A stretch of DNA of 63,606 nucleotides, counting the filler, from a bacterium (GTDB lineage Bacteria; JAMORN01): NCBI GenBank assembly GCA_027063545.1. It is 15 parts of 15 records of this genome, joined end to end, with 100 filler letters (N's around TTAATTAATTAA, not from the genome) between each part and the next. Parts side by side here need not be neighbours in the genome. Positions count along the whole stretch, not along the records: positions 39,210 to 43,412 come from JAMORN010000230.1; positions 43,513 to 47,693 come from JAMORN010000231.1; positions 47,794 to 51,950 come from JAMORN010000232.1; 12 more parts are not named here. One strand, given 5' to 3'. Position numbers and translations under genes: made by a program. Below the pieces are notes generated by a model. That model saw only the letters and a list, made by a program, of their open reading frames with translations, made no database searches and was not told where the DNA came from. This document shows, one piece after another, positions 39,802 to 50,672 of this stretch. How positions within the stretch are numbered: the first letter of the stretch is position 1; each line of letters opens with the position of its first letter.

Positions 39802-41016
39802 TTAATAGATTCTAATAATCTTATCCTTAACTTCTACTGCTTTTGCTTCAAATTTTTGTGGTTCTCTACCAAAGCAGATACCAACTTGTTCAAATAAAGC
39901 TACTTCTCCGAGCTCAACATATCTTTGTTCAATTTCTTTTTCAACAGGTATATATTTTATTTCTCCACCCACTACATCAACAACACTTACACCATCAATT
40001 CCTTGAAGTAATAAATTAACAGCAGCAGAACCGACCTTAACTCCAAAATTAACATCATAAGCAGATGTGAAACCACTTCTTACTAAGTGAGTTGGTCTAA
40101 TATCTCTTACTTCAGGAGCTTCATATATTCCTTCAACATACATTCCATATTTTTTCATTAATTCTTTTGTTTCAGGATCTTCTTTAAATCTTTTTTGAAT
40201 TTCTTGAGCAACATATTTACCAGCACCTGCTAATTTTTTGTGTCCAAAAGCATCAACTCCAGCAGATTCATCATATAATGGTTCTCCATCAGCCTTTTTC
40301 ATTCCTTCAGCAACTACAATTGTATATGTTCCTGCTCTTACATCACTTTCAGCAATTCTTCTCCAGTATGTTTCTTTAGCATGTTTGTATAATACATCAA
40401 AATCAACAGGTATTTCAGGAATTAATATTGCATCAGCTCCTCCAGCAACACCACCTCTAAAAGCTGTGTGTCCCACATATCTTCCAAATACTTCAATTAC
40501 CATAATTCTATTATGAGTCCTTCCTGTTGTTTGAATATCTCTTACAAATTCAGCAATTCTATTTATAGCAGAATCACCACCTACAGAATAACTTTGTAAA
40601 TCTAAATCCATTGTTTTTGGAGCATGAATTACTCTAAAACCATGATGCTTTAAGTCTGCAACAACACTTCCTGTATCATCACCACCAGAAATTACTAAAG
40701 CATCAATATTGTGCTTTTCAAGTCCTTGTTTAATTCTTTCATATTTATTTTCATCCTTAATCTTTGCAATTTTTACTCTTGAGTGTCCTGCTTCAGAACC
40801 AGCTAAAGCAATATTTACTAAATCAGCTCTTTGTGGATTTAAAACTGTTAATTTTTCCATGTCAACTAAATTGTAAAGACCAGCATACCCATTAGGTATA
40901 ACTACTGCTTCAATCCCTAAATGATTACATGTTTGAGCAACACCATATACCACAGCATTAAGACCTCCACAATCACCACCACTTGTGATAATACCAATTC
41001 TTTTTATTCCACTCAT
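39802..41016 (-). CDS. pfp: PfkA-family phosphofructokinase, probably PPi-dependent
   Basis: TSGGDCGGLN, GGDDT (Asp at the donor-determining site), PKTMDLD, EVFGR, DAFGH. Confidence 0.85.
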   Translation of the reverse strand: MSGIKRIGIITSGGDCGGLNAVVYGVAQTCNHLGIEAVVIPNGYAGLYNLVDMEKLTVLNPQRADLVNIALAGSEAGHSRVKIAKIKDENKYERIKQGLEKHNIDALVISGGDDTGSVVADLKHHGFRVIHAPKTMDLDLQSYSVGGDSAINRIAEFVRDIQTTGRTHNRIMVIEVFGRYVGHTAFRGGVAGGADAILIPEIPVDFDVLYKHAKETYWRRIAESDVRAGTYTIVVAEGMKKADGEPLYDESAGVDAFGHKKLAGAGKYVAQEIQKRFKEDPETKELMKKYGMYVEGIYEAPEVRDIRPTHLVRSGFTSAYDVNFGVKVGSAAVNLLLQGIDGVSVVDVVGGEIKYIPVEKEIEQRYVELGEVALFEQVGICFGREPQKFEAKAVEVKDKIIRIY

Positions 41017-41222
41017 ATTTTCACTCCTTTTTGAGTTTTTAATTTTTACATTTGTTTTAAGTATTCAAAAATAATAATTTTACTTATATTTTCAAAAGAT
41101 AATATTGTTTTTATAATATAAAAGTTAGATTTGTCTAAAAAATTTGGAATTATCTAAAATTTTTATTATATTATAATATTTATAATAAATTAATTGCAAC
41201 TATCACAAAGGAGGAAGATAAA

Positions 41223-43112
41223 ATGGGTCAGAGGGAAGATTTACTTAAGGTACTAAAAGTTAATGAAGAGGTATATAATTTATTAAAAGATGCTAAAAGT
41301 ATTACTATACCAACTTCTAGAGAAGAATTAATAGAGATTGCATTAAATGGTGATTTAAATAATAAACAAGTTGAAATTGCTTATGATGTTCCTGGAAAAG
41401 GTAAGGTTGTTGAAGTAGTTTTAACTAAAGCAAAAAATGGTCTTGTTATTAATTATCCTGAAGTTTATATGAGAAGAAGAGATCCAAATGCTGCAGTTGT
41501 TGGTGATGATAAAATTACAACAAAAGCAAGATTTAAAGAAAGATTTGGAAGGGATTTTTCCGAGGTAAGAAAAGAAACTTTTGAATGGTTGAAAAAGCAA
41601 GATTTAATAGTAGTACCTTTCATTACTATAAAACCTATTGATGGAGGTTATCCTTCTATATATATTGGTCCAAAAAACACAGCAGGGTTTGCTTTAACCT
41701 TTATTGATTTTCAAAATTTTGTTAATTTAGATGAAATGAGAGAATCTTATAAACCATTTATATTTGTGTTTGTGGCTCCAGTATTTAGACATACTCACTT
41801 TGACGGAAAACAAGTAGTTGTTCATAATAGATTAGATGATAGATATGAAATATTTCCATATAATTTGTATCCGGGACCAAGTTCTAAAAAAGGAATATAT
41901 GGGGCGCTACTAGAAATTGGAGAGAGAGAAGGTTGGGTAACTCTTCATGCTGCTGCTGTTAAGGTAAGAACTCATTACGGAAATGTATCTGTTTTTATGC
42001 ATGAGGGTGCTTCTGGTGGTGGAAAAAGTGAGATGAATGAACCTATCCATTATACAGAAGATGGAAGGATTTTAGTTGGAGAGAATATAAAAACAAATGA
42101 AAAGATTTTTATTGATATACCTCAACCATCCAAACTTGTTCCTATATCAGATGATATGACCTTGGCTCATAAAAAAATACAAAAAAATAAAGGAAGACTT
42201 ACAATATATGATGCAGAACAAGCATGGTTTATTAGAATGGATCATATAAGAAGATACGGCACAGATCCATACTTAGAAAGAATGTGTATTCATCCAAAGA
42301 AACCTTTAATATTTGTCAACTTATATACAGTCCCTGATGCAACAGTGTTACCGTGGGAGCATATTGAAGATGAACCAGGAAAACCTTGTCCTAATCCAAG
42401 AGTTGTTTTACCCAAAGATCAACTAGATGACTATGTTAAAGAGCCTATAGAGGTAGATTTCAGAAGTTTTGGTATAAGAACACCCCCAACAACGAAAGAA
42501 AATCCAAATTATGGAATTATTGGATTTTTCCACGTTCTTCCGCCAGCAGTAGCATGGCTTTGGAGACTTGTTGCTCCAAGAGGATTTAACAACCCATCTA
42601 TTGTTGCAGAAGAAGGTCTTAAAAGTGAGGGAATAGGATCTTATGGACCATTTTTAATAGGTGATGAGATAAAACAGGCTGATTTACTTTTAGAACAGTT
42701 TATTAACTATAAAGATACTAAATATATATTAGTTCCAAATCAATATATAGGAGCATGGAAGGTTAGTTTTATGCCTCAATGGATAACAAGAGAATATTTA
42801 GCAAGAAGAGGAAGAGCGTGGTTTGAAAAGGATGAATTAAAACCTACAAAAGGTTCTATACTAGGTTATATACCAAAGATGGTAGAAGTGGAAGGCTTTA
42901 TTATTCCAGAATTTTTATTTGATGTAGGTCTTCAAGAGGAAGTGGGAGAAGAAGTTTATTTTGAAGGACTTGAGCAGCTTGAAAGATTCTTTGCTAAAGA
43001 GTTAAAGAGATTTAATAATCCAAGATTATCTGAGACAGGAAGAAGAATTATAGAGTGTTTTATGGATAAGGGAACTGTTGAAGAGTTTGAGTCAATTATT
43101 CCTTCAGAATAG
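41223..43112 (+). CDS. DUF4914-like protein with PEP-carboxykinase-type catalytic motifs
   Basis: [34 protein letters not shown]-loop, SDD, DAEQAWF, CPNPRV; AAGGAGG RBS. Confidence 0.75.
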   Translation: MGQREDLLKVLKVNEEVYNLLKDAKSITIPTSREELIEIALNGDLNNKQVEIAYDVPGKGKVVEVVLTKAKNGLVINYPEVYMRRRDPNAAVVGDDKITTKARFKERFGRDFSEVRKETFEWLKKQDLIVVPFITIKPIDGGYPSIYIGPKNTAGFALTFIDFQNFVNLDEMRESYKPFIFVFVAPVFRHTHFDGKQVVVHNRLDDRYEIFPYNLYPGPSSKKGIYGALLEIGEREGWVTLHAAAVKVRTHYGNVSVFMHEGASGGGKSEMNEPIHYTEDGRILVGENIKTNEKIFIDIPQPSKLVPISDDMTLAHKKIQKNKGRLTIYDAEQAWFIRMDHIRRYGTDPYLERMCIHPKKPLIFVNLYTVPDATVLPWEHIEDEPGKPCPNPRVVLPKDQLDDYVKEPIEVDFRSFGIRTPPTTKENPNYGIIGFFHVLPPAVAWLWRLVAPRGFNNPSIVAEEGLKSEGIGSYGPFLIGDEIKQADLLLEQFINYKDTKYILVPNQYIGAWKVSFMPQWITREYLARRGRAWFEKDELKPTKGSILGYIPKMVEVEGFIIPEFLFDVGLQEEVGEEVYFEGLEQLERFFAKELKRFNNPRLSETGRRIIECFMDKGTVEEFESIIPSE

Positions 43113-43412
43113 AACCACAATATTTACAAAATATAGCATCATCATCATGACCTGTCCTTCCACAGGAAGGGCAGGTTTTTTTATTTTTTGAAATTTGCTT
43201 CTTAGTTTCTGATATAACAATTCCAGTAGGAACAGCAATAATCCCATAACCTATAATCATTATGATAGAGGCTAAAAATTGTCCTAAAGGAGTTTGAGGA
43301 GATATATCGCCATATCCAACAGTTGTTAGTGTAACTATTGCCCAGTAGATACTTTTAGGAATAGAAGTAAATCCACTCTTTTCCCCTTCTACTATATACA
43401 TAATAGATCCAA
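43096..43412 (-). CDS. Potassium-channel-type ion transporter, C-terminal part with Zn-ribbon
   Basis: [14 protein letters not shown] selectivity filter; CPSC..CKYCG. Confidence 0.9.
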
Positions 43413-43512
43413 NNNNNNNNNNNNNNNNNNNNNNNNNNNNNNNNNNNNNNNNNNNNTTAATTAATTAANNNNNNNNNNNNNNNNNNNNNNNNNNNNNNNN
43501 NNNNNNNNNNNN

Positions 43513-44338
43513 CCTTTCCTAAATTTTTACCATGATAAATTACCTCAAAAGAACTAAAGCCGTTTTCTATAGTTATATTTTTTGCATATATATCACTAGA
43601 AGATAGAGTAGTAGAATATGTGATTATAGGACTTTCAATATAAGGCAAAATTTCTTGTATTGTAGATTCATCAATACATACTGCTACCTTACCATAAAAA
43701 GGTACTTTATTTGCAAATTCAATAAAAGCCTTCTTTATATTTTCAAAGGAGCCATAACATTCTAAATGATCAGGTTCTATATTGGTTATAATCTCATAAA
43801 TAGGAGATAAATATAGAAAAGATTTATCATATTCATCAGCTTCCATTACTATATAAGGGCTTTCACCCCATCTAGCTCCAGTATTGGTATTTTTTATAAT
43901 ACCACCAACAATTATAGTAGGATCAATATTTGCATCTGTTAATATTTTTCCCAACATATAAGTAGTTGTAGTTTTCCCATGGGTACCTGCTATAGCTATA
44001 CCTTTTTTGGTTCTTGAAAGTTCAGCTAGCATTACAGAACGTTTTATAATAGGTATTCTAAGTTTTTTTGCTTTTATTATTTCTGGATTATTTTCTGGAT
44101 TAACAGCACTTGAATATACCACAACATCAATATCATTTGATATATTATTTTCATGATGACCAATATATATTTTAGCTCCCAGTTTTTCTAAATATTCTAA
44201 AATATTTGTCCTTCTTATATCACTGCCAGAAACTTTATATCCCATTTTTAAAAGAATCTGAGCTATAGGATTCATCCCAGCTCCACCAATACCAACAAAA
44301 TGGAATTTTTCAATTTTATTAAAATAGTTATCTTTCAT
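43513..44338 (-). CDS. murC: UDP-N-acetylmuramate--L-alanine ligase (3'-truncated)
   Basis: HFVGIGGAGM, AGTHGKTTTT, EADEYD, NIEPDHL. Confidence 0.96.
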
Positions 44339-45446
44339 TTTTACCCTCAGTTTTATAGTATTTTTTTATTACATTTATAATAATTTCCTGTGTATTAGGT
44401 AATTTTAATTTATTATAATAGTTCTTCATTGTTTCAATAATAGTTTTATTTTCAATAAATTCTTTTAATATATTATTAAATTTTTCTTGAGATAAATTTT
44501 TTTCCTCATATACAATAGCAACTCCTTTATCCCTGAAATATTTAGCATTATAGTATTGATGATTGTCAGTAGCATATGGATATGGGATATAAAAAGCAGG
44601 TATTTTATTAAGACTTATTTCATATACACTCATAGCCCCACTTCTTGAGATTATGAAATCAATATTTTGATAAAAAGTTTTCATGTTATCACAATAGGGT
44701 ATTACAATGACATTATTATCTACTTTATATTCTTGATAATTATTAAAGTCTCTTTTTCCGGTTATCCATATTATTAATAAATTTTTATTAATAATATATT
44801 CTTTATTTGTTATAATAAAATTTTTTATAAATTCGTTTATTTTTCTTGCCCCTGATGAGCCTCCAACAACCCCGATTCTCATATTATACAGTTTTTTGTC
44901 TATATTAGTGATATTTCCATTTTCGGTTAAAGGTTTTTTAATAATAGGTGTCCCAGTTAATATTAGTTTTTTTTCATTTATTTTAAAAAATTTTTTTGTT
45001 TCTTCAAAAGATATAAATACTATATCAGAAAATCTTGCTAGTATTTTATTTGATAATCCTGGTATATAGTTTTGTTCCAGTATAATTGTTGATTTCCCCA
45101 TTAATTTACCTAAAATAATAGGTAAAAAACTAACATAGCCTCCAGTACCAATTATTAATTTAGGGTTATACTTTTTTATAATTTTTATAGTTTGAAAAAT
45201 AGAAAGAAAAAATTTAAAAATAAATTTTAATAATTTAAGGCTTATTTTTCTAGGGAATCCTATAATATCTATAAACGCCATTTTATATCCATATTTAGGT
45301 ATAATATCTGCTTCCATTTTATTTTTATTTCCTATGAAAATAATATCATTCTTTTTTACAATATTATTATCCTCTATATATTGGGCAATAGCCAAGGCTG
45401 GATAAATATGTCCACCAGTTCCGCCACCACTAATAAATATTTTCAT
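44328..45446 (-). CDS. murG: Lipid II GlcNAc transferase
   Basis: GGGTGGHIYP, GTGGYVS, EQN, GGSSGA, SRSGA, HQYYNA. Confidence 0.96.
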   Translation of the reverse strand: MKIFISGGGTGGHIYPALAIAQYIEDNNIVKKNDIIFIGNKNKMEADIIPKYGYKMAFIDIIGFPRKISLKLLKFIFKFFLSIFQTIKIIKKYNPKLIIGTGGYVSFLPIILGKLMGKSTIILEQNYIPGLSNKILARFSDIVFISFEETKKFFKINEKKLILTGTPIIKKPLTENGNITNIDKKLYNMRIGVVGGSSGARKINEFIKNFIITNKEYIINKNLLIIWITGKRDFNNYQEYKVDNNVIVIPYCDNMKTFYQNIDFIISRSGAMSVYEISLNKIPAFYIPYPYATDNHQYYNAKYFRDKGVAIVYEEKNLSQEKFNNILKEFIENKTIIETMKNYYNKLKLPNTQEIIINVIKKYYKTEGKNER

Positions 45447-46641
45447 ATTCCAAATCCTTTTCTATTTTTTCAGTATATACAGATTTTATAGGAGTACTTT
45501 CCTCCTGATATTCTTCTATAAGCTGTTTTTCTCTATTTATAATATTAAAAACAATTCCCATAGCTATCATATTTATAATTAATGATGAACCTCCAGAGCT
45601 TATAAATGGTAAAGGAATTCCTGTGGTTGGTATAATGCTTAAAACAACAAATAAGTGTATTAATGTATAAAATGATATACTTAAAATAATACCTAATACC
45701 ACTAATTTATTAAATGTTTCTTTTAAAATAAAATAAAGTTTAAATCCGATTAAACTTAGTATCATATATAATAGTATCACAAATGTAGATAAAACAAAGC
45801 CTAATTGTTCTGCTATTAAAGCAAATATAAAGTCGTTTGATTTGGCAGGTAAGCCAATTTTATAACTCTTTTTAAAGTTAGGTTTTATAATATTACCATC
45901 AGCAATAATAATGGTTGTAAGCCATTGTTGATAGTTTGTTGCTTCTTTATTATCTCCAGAATAGAAGCTTTTTATTCTTTCCCACCTATAAGGTTCTATT
46001 TTAGCAAGAATTGATAAAAGTATAATTCCAAAAATCATCATGAGAAATATATGTTTGATTTTTAGATCTTTTATTTCTATAAATAACAAGGTAATAGGTG
46101 TTAATATAACTAAAACAGCTGTAGATAAATCTGGTTGGAACGCTATTAATCCAAATATAATAGCAAGATGAAAGAAGAATTTCTTAAAGAATAGATACCA
46201 TATTATAGATTTTTCACTTTTATTTAAATATTTCTCTATATAGTATGCAGTATATAAAATTACTACAATTTTAGCTAATTCAGAAGGCTGAAAAGAAAAA
46301 TTTATTATTGGTAAGTTTATCCATCGTTTAGCTCCGTTAATATCTTTCCCAAATATATATACGCTAACAAGAATCATAAAAGTAAAGGCCATTATCAAAG
46401 GGACATATGAGCGTATAATATTAAAGACACTATTTGATGTGCTGATAAATATTAAAAGTCCAATACCTAGTATAGCAATAAAGCTTTGTTTTATAATAAT
46501 ACTTGTATTTAGTTCTACAGGATTGGAAGGATTAAATATTGTAGAGGAAAGAATCATTATAATTCCTATTATTGTTAATATTACAATAATTGCGCCCAAA
46601 ATAAATTCATAAAATGTTAATTTTTCTTTTATATTACTCAT
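45430..46641 (-). CDS. ftsW: SEDS peptidoglycan polymerase FtsW
   Basis: NGAKRWI, FQPSELAK, QPDLST, DFIFA, GIPLPFISSGGSS; located between murD and murG. Confidence 0.93.
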   Translation of the reverse strand: MSNIKEKLTFYEFILGAIIVILTIIGIIMILSSTIFNPSNPVELNTSIIIKQSFIAILGIGLLIFISTSNSVFNIIRSYVPLIMAFTFMILVSVYIFGKDINGAKRWINLPIINFSFQPSELAKIVVILYTAYYIEKYLNKSEKSIIWYLFFKKFFFHLAIIFGLIAFQPDLSTAVLVILTPITLLFIEIKDLKIKHIFLMMIFGIILLSILAKIEPYRWERIKSFYSGDNKEATNYQQWLTTIIIADGNIIKPNFKKSYKIGLPAKSNDFIFALIAEQLGFVLSTFVILLYMILSLIGFKLYFILKETFNKLVVLGIILSISFYTLIHLFVVLSIIPTTGIPLPFISSGGSSLIINMIAMGIVFNIINREKQLIEEYQEESTPIKSVYTEKIEKDLEYENIY

Positions 46642-47693
46642 ATATCTTCCTCTCTTATATTATTAACCAATTTTTCAAAGTGTTCGCCCCTTTCTTTATA
46701 TGATTTGTACTGGTCAAAAGAGGTACAGGCAGGAGATAGGATAATATTATCACCATGTTGCGCAAATAATAAACTTTTCTTTATAGCTTCTTCTAGATTT
46801 TCAACTGTATAGCAAGGTATATCACATTTAAATTCTTCATATAGCCTCTCTTTTTCTTCACCCAAGAATATAGCAACCCTTACTTTTTCTTTTACTATAG
46901 ATTTTAATATATTGTAATTAGTATCTTTTCCTCTTCCACCCGCTATCCATATAACACTTTTATCATTAAATGTTTCTAAAGCTCTCTTTACAGAATCAGG
47001 ATTTGTTGCTTTTGAATCATTAAAAAATTTTATGCCTTTTATTTCCTTTACTAATTGCATTCTATGGGATAATGGTTTAAAATTTATAATGGTATTTTTG
47101 ATAATTTGGTCTTCTATATTATATATTTTAGCCGTAAGAATTGCAGCCATTATATTCTCTATATTATGAATTCCTTTGAGCTTTATATCATTTATATGTA
47201 TGTATGGAAGGTTATTATAATATATTATACTATCTTTATAATAGATATTAGCATATTCGGTTTGGCTTGAAAATGTTAATATTTTACTTTTTATAAAAGA
47301 GATATTATTTATTATGTTTATATCATCTTTATTTACAATTAAAAAGTCATTGTTGTCTTGATTTTTTGCTATATTTATTTTTGTTTCTATATAATCATCA
47401 AATGAATTATACCTATCTAAATGGTCTTCTGTTATATTTAATATTAGTGCAACATTGGGCTTAAATTTTGTAATACTTTCAAGTTGAAAAGATGAAATTT
47501 CCAGTATTATAATTTCATATTTTTTTGGAGAAAAAAGTACATTAATGGCTGCATTTCCAATATTACCTCCTACAAAGGTATTATATTTTTTTCTAAAGAT
47601 TTCACCTATTAATGTAGTAGTTGTTGTTTTCCCATTTGATCCAGTAATTGCTATAATATTTCTATAACCAGCTCTATAAACTAACTCTATATC
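46638..47693 (-). CDS. murD: UDP-N-acetylmuramoyl-L-alanine--D-glutamate ligase (5'-truncated; longer than in the ORF track)
   Basis: The upstream frame gives IAITGSNGKTTTT, GGNIG, EISSFQLE, DHLDRY; the C-terminus has NDSKATN and LSPACTSFDQY..RG. Confidence 0.95.
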   Translation of the reverse strand, partial: DIELVYRAGYRNIIAITGSNGKTTTTTLIGEIFRKKYNTFVGGNIGNAAINVLFSPKKYEIIILEISSFQLESITKFKPNVALILNITEDHLDRYNSFDDYIETKINIAKNQDNNDFLIVNKDDINIINNISFIKSKILTFSSQTEYANIYYKDSIIYYNNLPYIHINDIKLKGIHNIENIMAAILTAKIYNIEDQIIKNTIINFKPLSHRMQLVKEIKGIKFFNDSKATNPDSVKRALETFNDKSVIWIAGGRGKDTNYNILKSIVKEKVRVAIFLGEEKERLYEEFKCDIPCYTVENLEEAIKKSLLFAQHGDNIILSPACTSFDQYKSYKERGEHFEKLVNNIREEDI

Positions 47694-47793
47694 NNNNNNN
47701 NNNNNNNNNNNNNNNNNNNNNNNNNNNNNNNNNNNNNTTAATTAATTAANNNNNNNNNNNNNNNNNNNNNNNNNNNNNNNNNNNNNNNNNNNN

Positions 47794-48446
47794 ATCCTCT
47801 TGTTATTTTTACTGGATTAGGAGTATTAGCAACCCCTTATATTAGTGAAAATTTATATTTATATTTTTTAAAACAAAAAGAATTATTAATTGTCCAATTT
47901 AAAAATTATATAGCAACAAAAGATTATATAACAATGAGTGACTTTTTTATAGAAAAGTTGATATGTGGACTAGAGTATATGATCTTTCCATTAGAGATTC
48001 TTTTTAGGCTATTAATAGCCTTTTTAGTAATAAAGATAGTAGATAGATTAACTGATAAGGATATATATTCCCATAGTTTAGTTTATTTTCATAGAAAATA
48101 TGGAAGAATTGTAGTATATTTTTTTGTAGTAATAACATTAATGTATGTTTTGAGAATTAAAAATATATTAATCTATTCATTACCTTTGTTTGGATTATAC
48201 TTTATTTTTACAGGAATAGTAAGTTTTTTAGAATGGGAAAAGTTATATATTTTTTTTAGAAAGAGTATTTGGCCTATTATTATATTAATTGCTTGGGCAC
48301 TTTTAGTATTGGCAGGAGAGAATTATTTTATTATAGCTTTATCCATATTGGTAATATATTCTGTTTATATGGCTTTAAATGGAGATGAGGTTATAAAAAA
48401 GTTGATTATAGAAACATTAAATAAACCAAAAGGAGACGGAAAATGA
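47794..48446 (+). CDS. Multi-pass membrane protein upstream of rplI (YybS/DUF2232-like position; 5'-truncated)
   Basis: Several TM helices; frame open to the contig edge; ATGA-coupled to rplI. Confidence 0.5.
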
Positions 48447-48952
48447 AGATAATTTTGAGAGAGAGAGTTAAGAATTTAGGTGATATAGGAGATATAGTTG
48501 AAGTTAAAGATGGATATGCAAGAAACTACTTAATTCCAAAAGGATTTGCTATTCCTGCAACAAAGTCAGCGATTAAGGTAGTAGAACAAGAGAAAAAGAA
48601 GAAATTAAAACAAAGAGAAGAACAAATCAAAAAATATCAGGAAATTGCTAAGAAATATGAAGGATTAGAGATAGAAATACCAGTAAAGGTAGATGAGAAT
48701 GAACACATGTATGGGTCTGTTACAGCTAGAATTATAGCAGATAAATTAAAAGAAATGGGATATGAGCTTGATAGACATGTAATAGTATTGGATAATCCAA
48801 TAAAAGAATTGGGAATATATGAGGTTGTTTTATCTTTTATGCCAGAAGTTGAAACAAAAATAAAAGTAAAGGTAGTTAAAGATGAAACAGGAATGTTAAA
48901 AGAAGAAGAAAAGAAGGAAGCAGAAGAGGCGGGAGAAAATAAGGAGGAATAG
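48443..48952 (+). CDS. rplI: 50S ribosomal protein L9
   Basis: LGDIGDIVEVKDGYARNYLIPKG, YGSVT; acidic C-terminal tail. Confidence 0.97.
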   Translation: MKIILRERVKNLGDIGDIVEVKDGYARNYLIPKGFAIPATKSAIKVVEQEKKKKLKQREEQIKKYQEIAKKYEGLEIEIPVKVDENEHMYGSVTARIIADKLKEMGYELDRHVIVLDNPIKELGIYEVVLSFMPEVETKIKVKVVKDETGMLKEEEKKEAEEAGENKEE

Positions 48953-48953
48953 A

Positions 48954-49853
48954 ATGTCAGATTTACAAGCTTCTGATTTAAGGGGTTCTTATGTTGCTTT
49001 AATAACCCCTTTTGATGAAAAAGGGAATATAAATGAGAAAGAATTAGAGAGGATAATTGAGTTTCAGATAGAGAATGGCACAGCTGGTATTGTACCTGTT
49101 GGAACAACAGGAGAATCTCCTACACTTACATGGGAAGAGCATAAATTAATGATAAAATTAACGGTTGAGATTGTTAACAAAAGAGTGTCTGTAATAGCTG
49201 GTACTGGTTCTAATAATACTTTAGAGGCTATAGAAGCAACAGAGTATGCTCAAAAAGTAGGAGCGGATGGTGTTTTAATTGTTGCTCCTTATTATAATAA
49301 GCCTACTCAAAGGGGGATATACGAGCATTATAAAAAGATAGCAGAAGCTGTTGATATTGGAATTATAATATATAATATTCCGGGTAGAACAGGAATAAAT
49401 ATAACTCCAGAAACAATAGAAAAATTAGCAGAGATTAAAAATATTATTGGTCTAAAGGCTGCTTGTGGTGATTTAAATCAAATGAGTGATGTTATAGTAA
49501 GATGTGGTGATAAAATCACTTTACTTTCAGGTGATGATACATTAACTCTTCCGGTATTGTCTATAGGCGGTAAAGGTGTGATATCTGTTCTTGCTAATAT
49601 TGTTCCTAATAAAATGGCGAAGATGATAGACTTATTTTTAGAAGGGAATATAAGTGAAGCTATAGAAATACATAAAGAGTTATTTAAATTAGGGAGAGCT
49701 ATGTTTATCGAAACAAATCCTATTCCTATAAAAAAAGCTATGGAGATATTAGGGTGGAAAGTTGGGAAACCAAGATTACCATTGGTGGAGCTATCTAAAG
49801 AAAACGAGATTTATTTAAGAAATATTTTAAAAGAGATGGGGTTAATCCAATGA
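48954..49853 (+). CDS. dapA: 4-hydroxy-tetrahydrodipicolinate synthase
   Basis: GTTGESPTL, PYYNKP, YNIPGRTG, LSGDD, ETNPIP. Confidence 0.96.
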   Translation: MSDLQASDLRGSYVALITPFDEKGNINEKELERIIEFQIENGTAGIVPVGTTGESPTLTWEEHKLMIKLTVEIVNKRVSVIAGTGSNNTLEAIEATEYAQKVGADGVLIVAPYYNKPTQRGIYEHYKKIAEAVDIGIIIYNIPGRTGINITPETIEKLAEIKNIIGLKAACGDLNQMSDVIVRCGDKITLLSGDDTLTLPVLSIGGKGVISVLANIVPNKMAKMIDLFLEGNISEAIEIHKELFKLGRAMFIETNPIPIKKAMEILGWKVGKPRLPLVELSKENEIYLRNILKEMGLIQ

Positions 49854-50644
49854 TTAAGGTAGTAGTTAATGGAATTGGCGGGAGAATGGGAAGACTTATA
49901 GCCCAAACTATTATTGAAGATAGTCAATTGGAATTATTAGCAGGAATAGAAGGCGATAATTCTCCTTGTATAGGTAAAAGAGTTAAGGAAAGTTTGAATT
50001 TAAATAGTGAAGCCTTAATATATAAAAATATTGAAGATATTAAAGAAGATAATTTTACAATTGTTGATTTTACATTTCCTGAGGTAACTTTAAATTTATT
50101 AGAAAAGATAAAAGATAAAAATGTAAAATTAGTGATAGGAACAACAGGATTCTCTGAAGAAGAATTGGAAAAGATAAAAGAAATTTCTAAAAATATTCCT
50201 ATAGTATTAGATTATAATATGAGTTTAGGTGTTAATTTATTGGCAAAATTAGTTGAATATGCAGCTTCCAAGTTATCTCTTGATTATGAAGTAGAGATAA
50301 CAGAGATTCACCATAGATATAAAAAGGATAGTCCTTCTGGTACAGCTATAAAGCTAGCAGAAGCTGTTTTAAGAGGTAGAGGAGAAAAAGAAAAACCATT
50401 TGTTTATGGGAGATATGGAAAAGGGCTATCGAGAGATTATAAGGAGATAGGTATACATGCTATAAGAGGGGGAGATGTAGTAGGAGAGCATGATGTAATG
50501 TTTATAACAGAAGGTGAGAGGATTATTATTTCTCATAAAGCTCATTCGAGAATGGCTTTTGTAAAAGGTGTTATTGCAGCAATAAAGTTTTTAAGTGATA
50601 AGAATAACGGATTCTATAGAATGTATGATGTTTTAGGTTTATAA
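49850..50644 (+). CDS. dapB: 4-hydroxy-tetrahydrodipicolinate reductase
   Basis: GIGGRMG, IGTTG, EIHHRYKKDSPSGTA, GDVVGEH. Confidence 0.96.
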   Translation: MIKVVVNGIGGRMGRLIAQTIIEDSQLELLAGIEGDNSPCIGKRVKESLNLNSEALIYKNIEDIKEDNFTIVDFTFPEVTLNLLEKIKDKNVKLVIGTTGFSEEELEKIKEISKNIPIVLDYNMSLGVNLLAKLVEYAASKLSLDYEVEITEIHHRYKKDSPSGTAIKLAEAVLRGRGEKEKPFVYGRYGKGLSRDYKEIGIHAIRGGDVVGEHDVMFITEGERIIISHKAHSRMAFVKGVIAAIKFLSDKNNGFYRMYDVLGL

Positions 50645-50672
50645 GTCTTCCTTTTATATTAAGGAGTTTGAA

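Noticed and set aside
41125-41138. TTAGA-TTTG-TCTAA palindrome in the pfk/DUF4914 intergenic region as an operator
   Set aside because: 5-bp arms are expected by chance at this AT content; it matches no LacI/CcpA/Rex consensus I can support.
37127-43112. tkt + pfk + DUF4914 as one sugar-metabolism cluster
   Set aside because: tkt is separated from the others by the spacer at 39110-39209; only pfk and the DUF4914-like gene are physically linked.
43096-43112. Convergent 3' overlaps (DUF4914/K-channel 17 nt; GGDEF/tkt 23 nt; rnc/HD-GYP 4 nt) as antisense regulation
   Set aside because: Short tail-to-tail overlaps are normal in compact AT-rich genomes.
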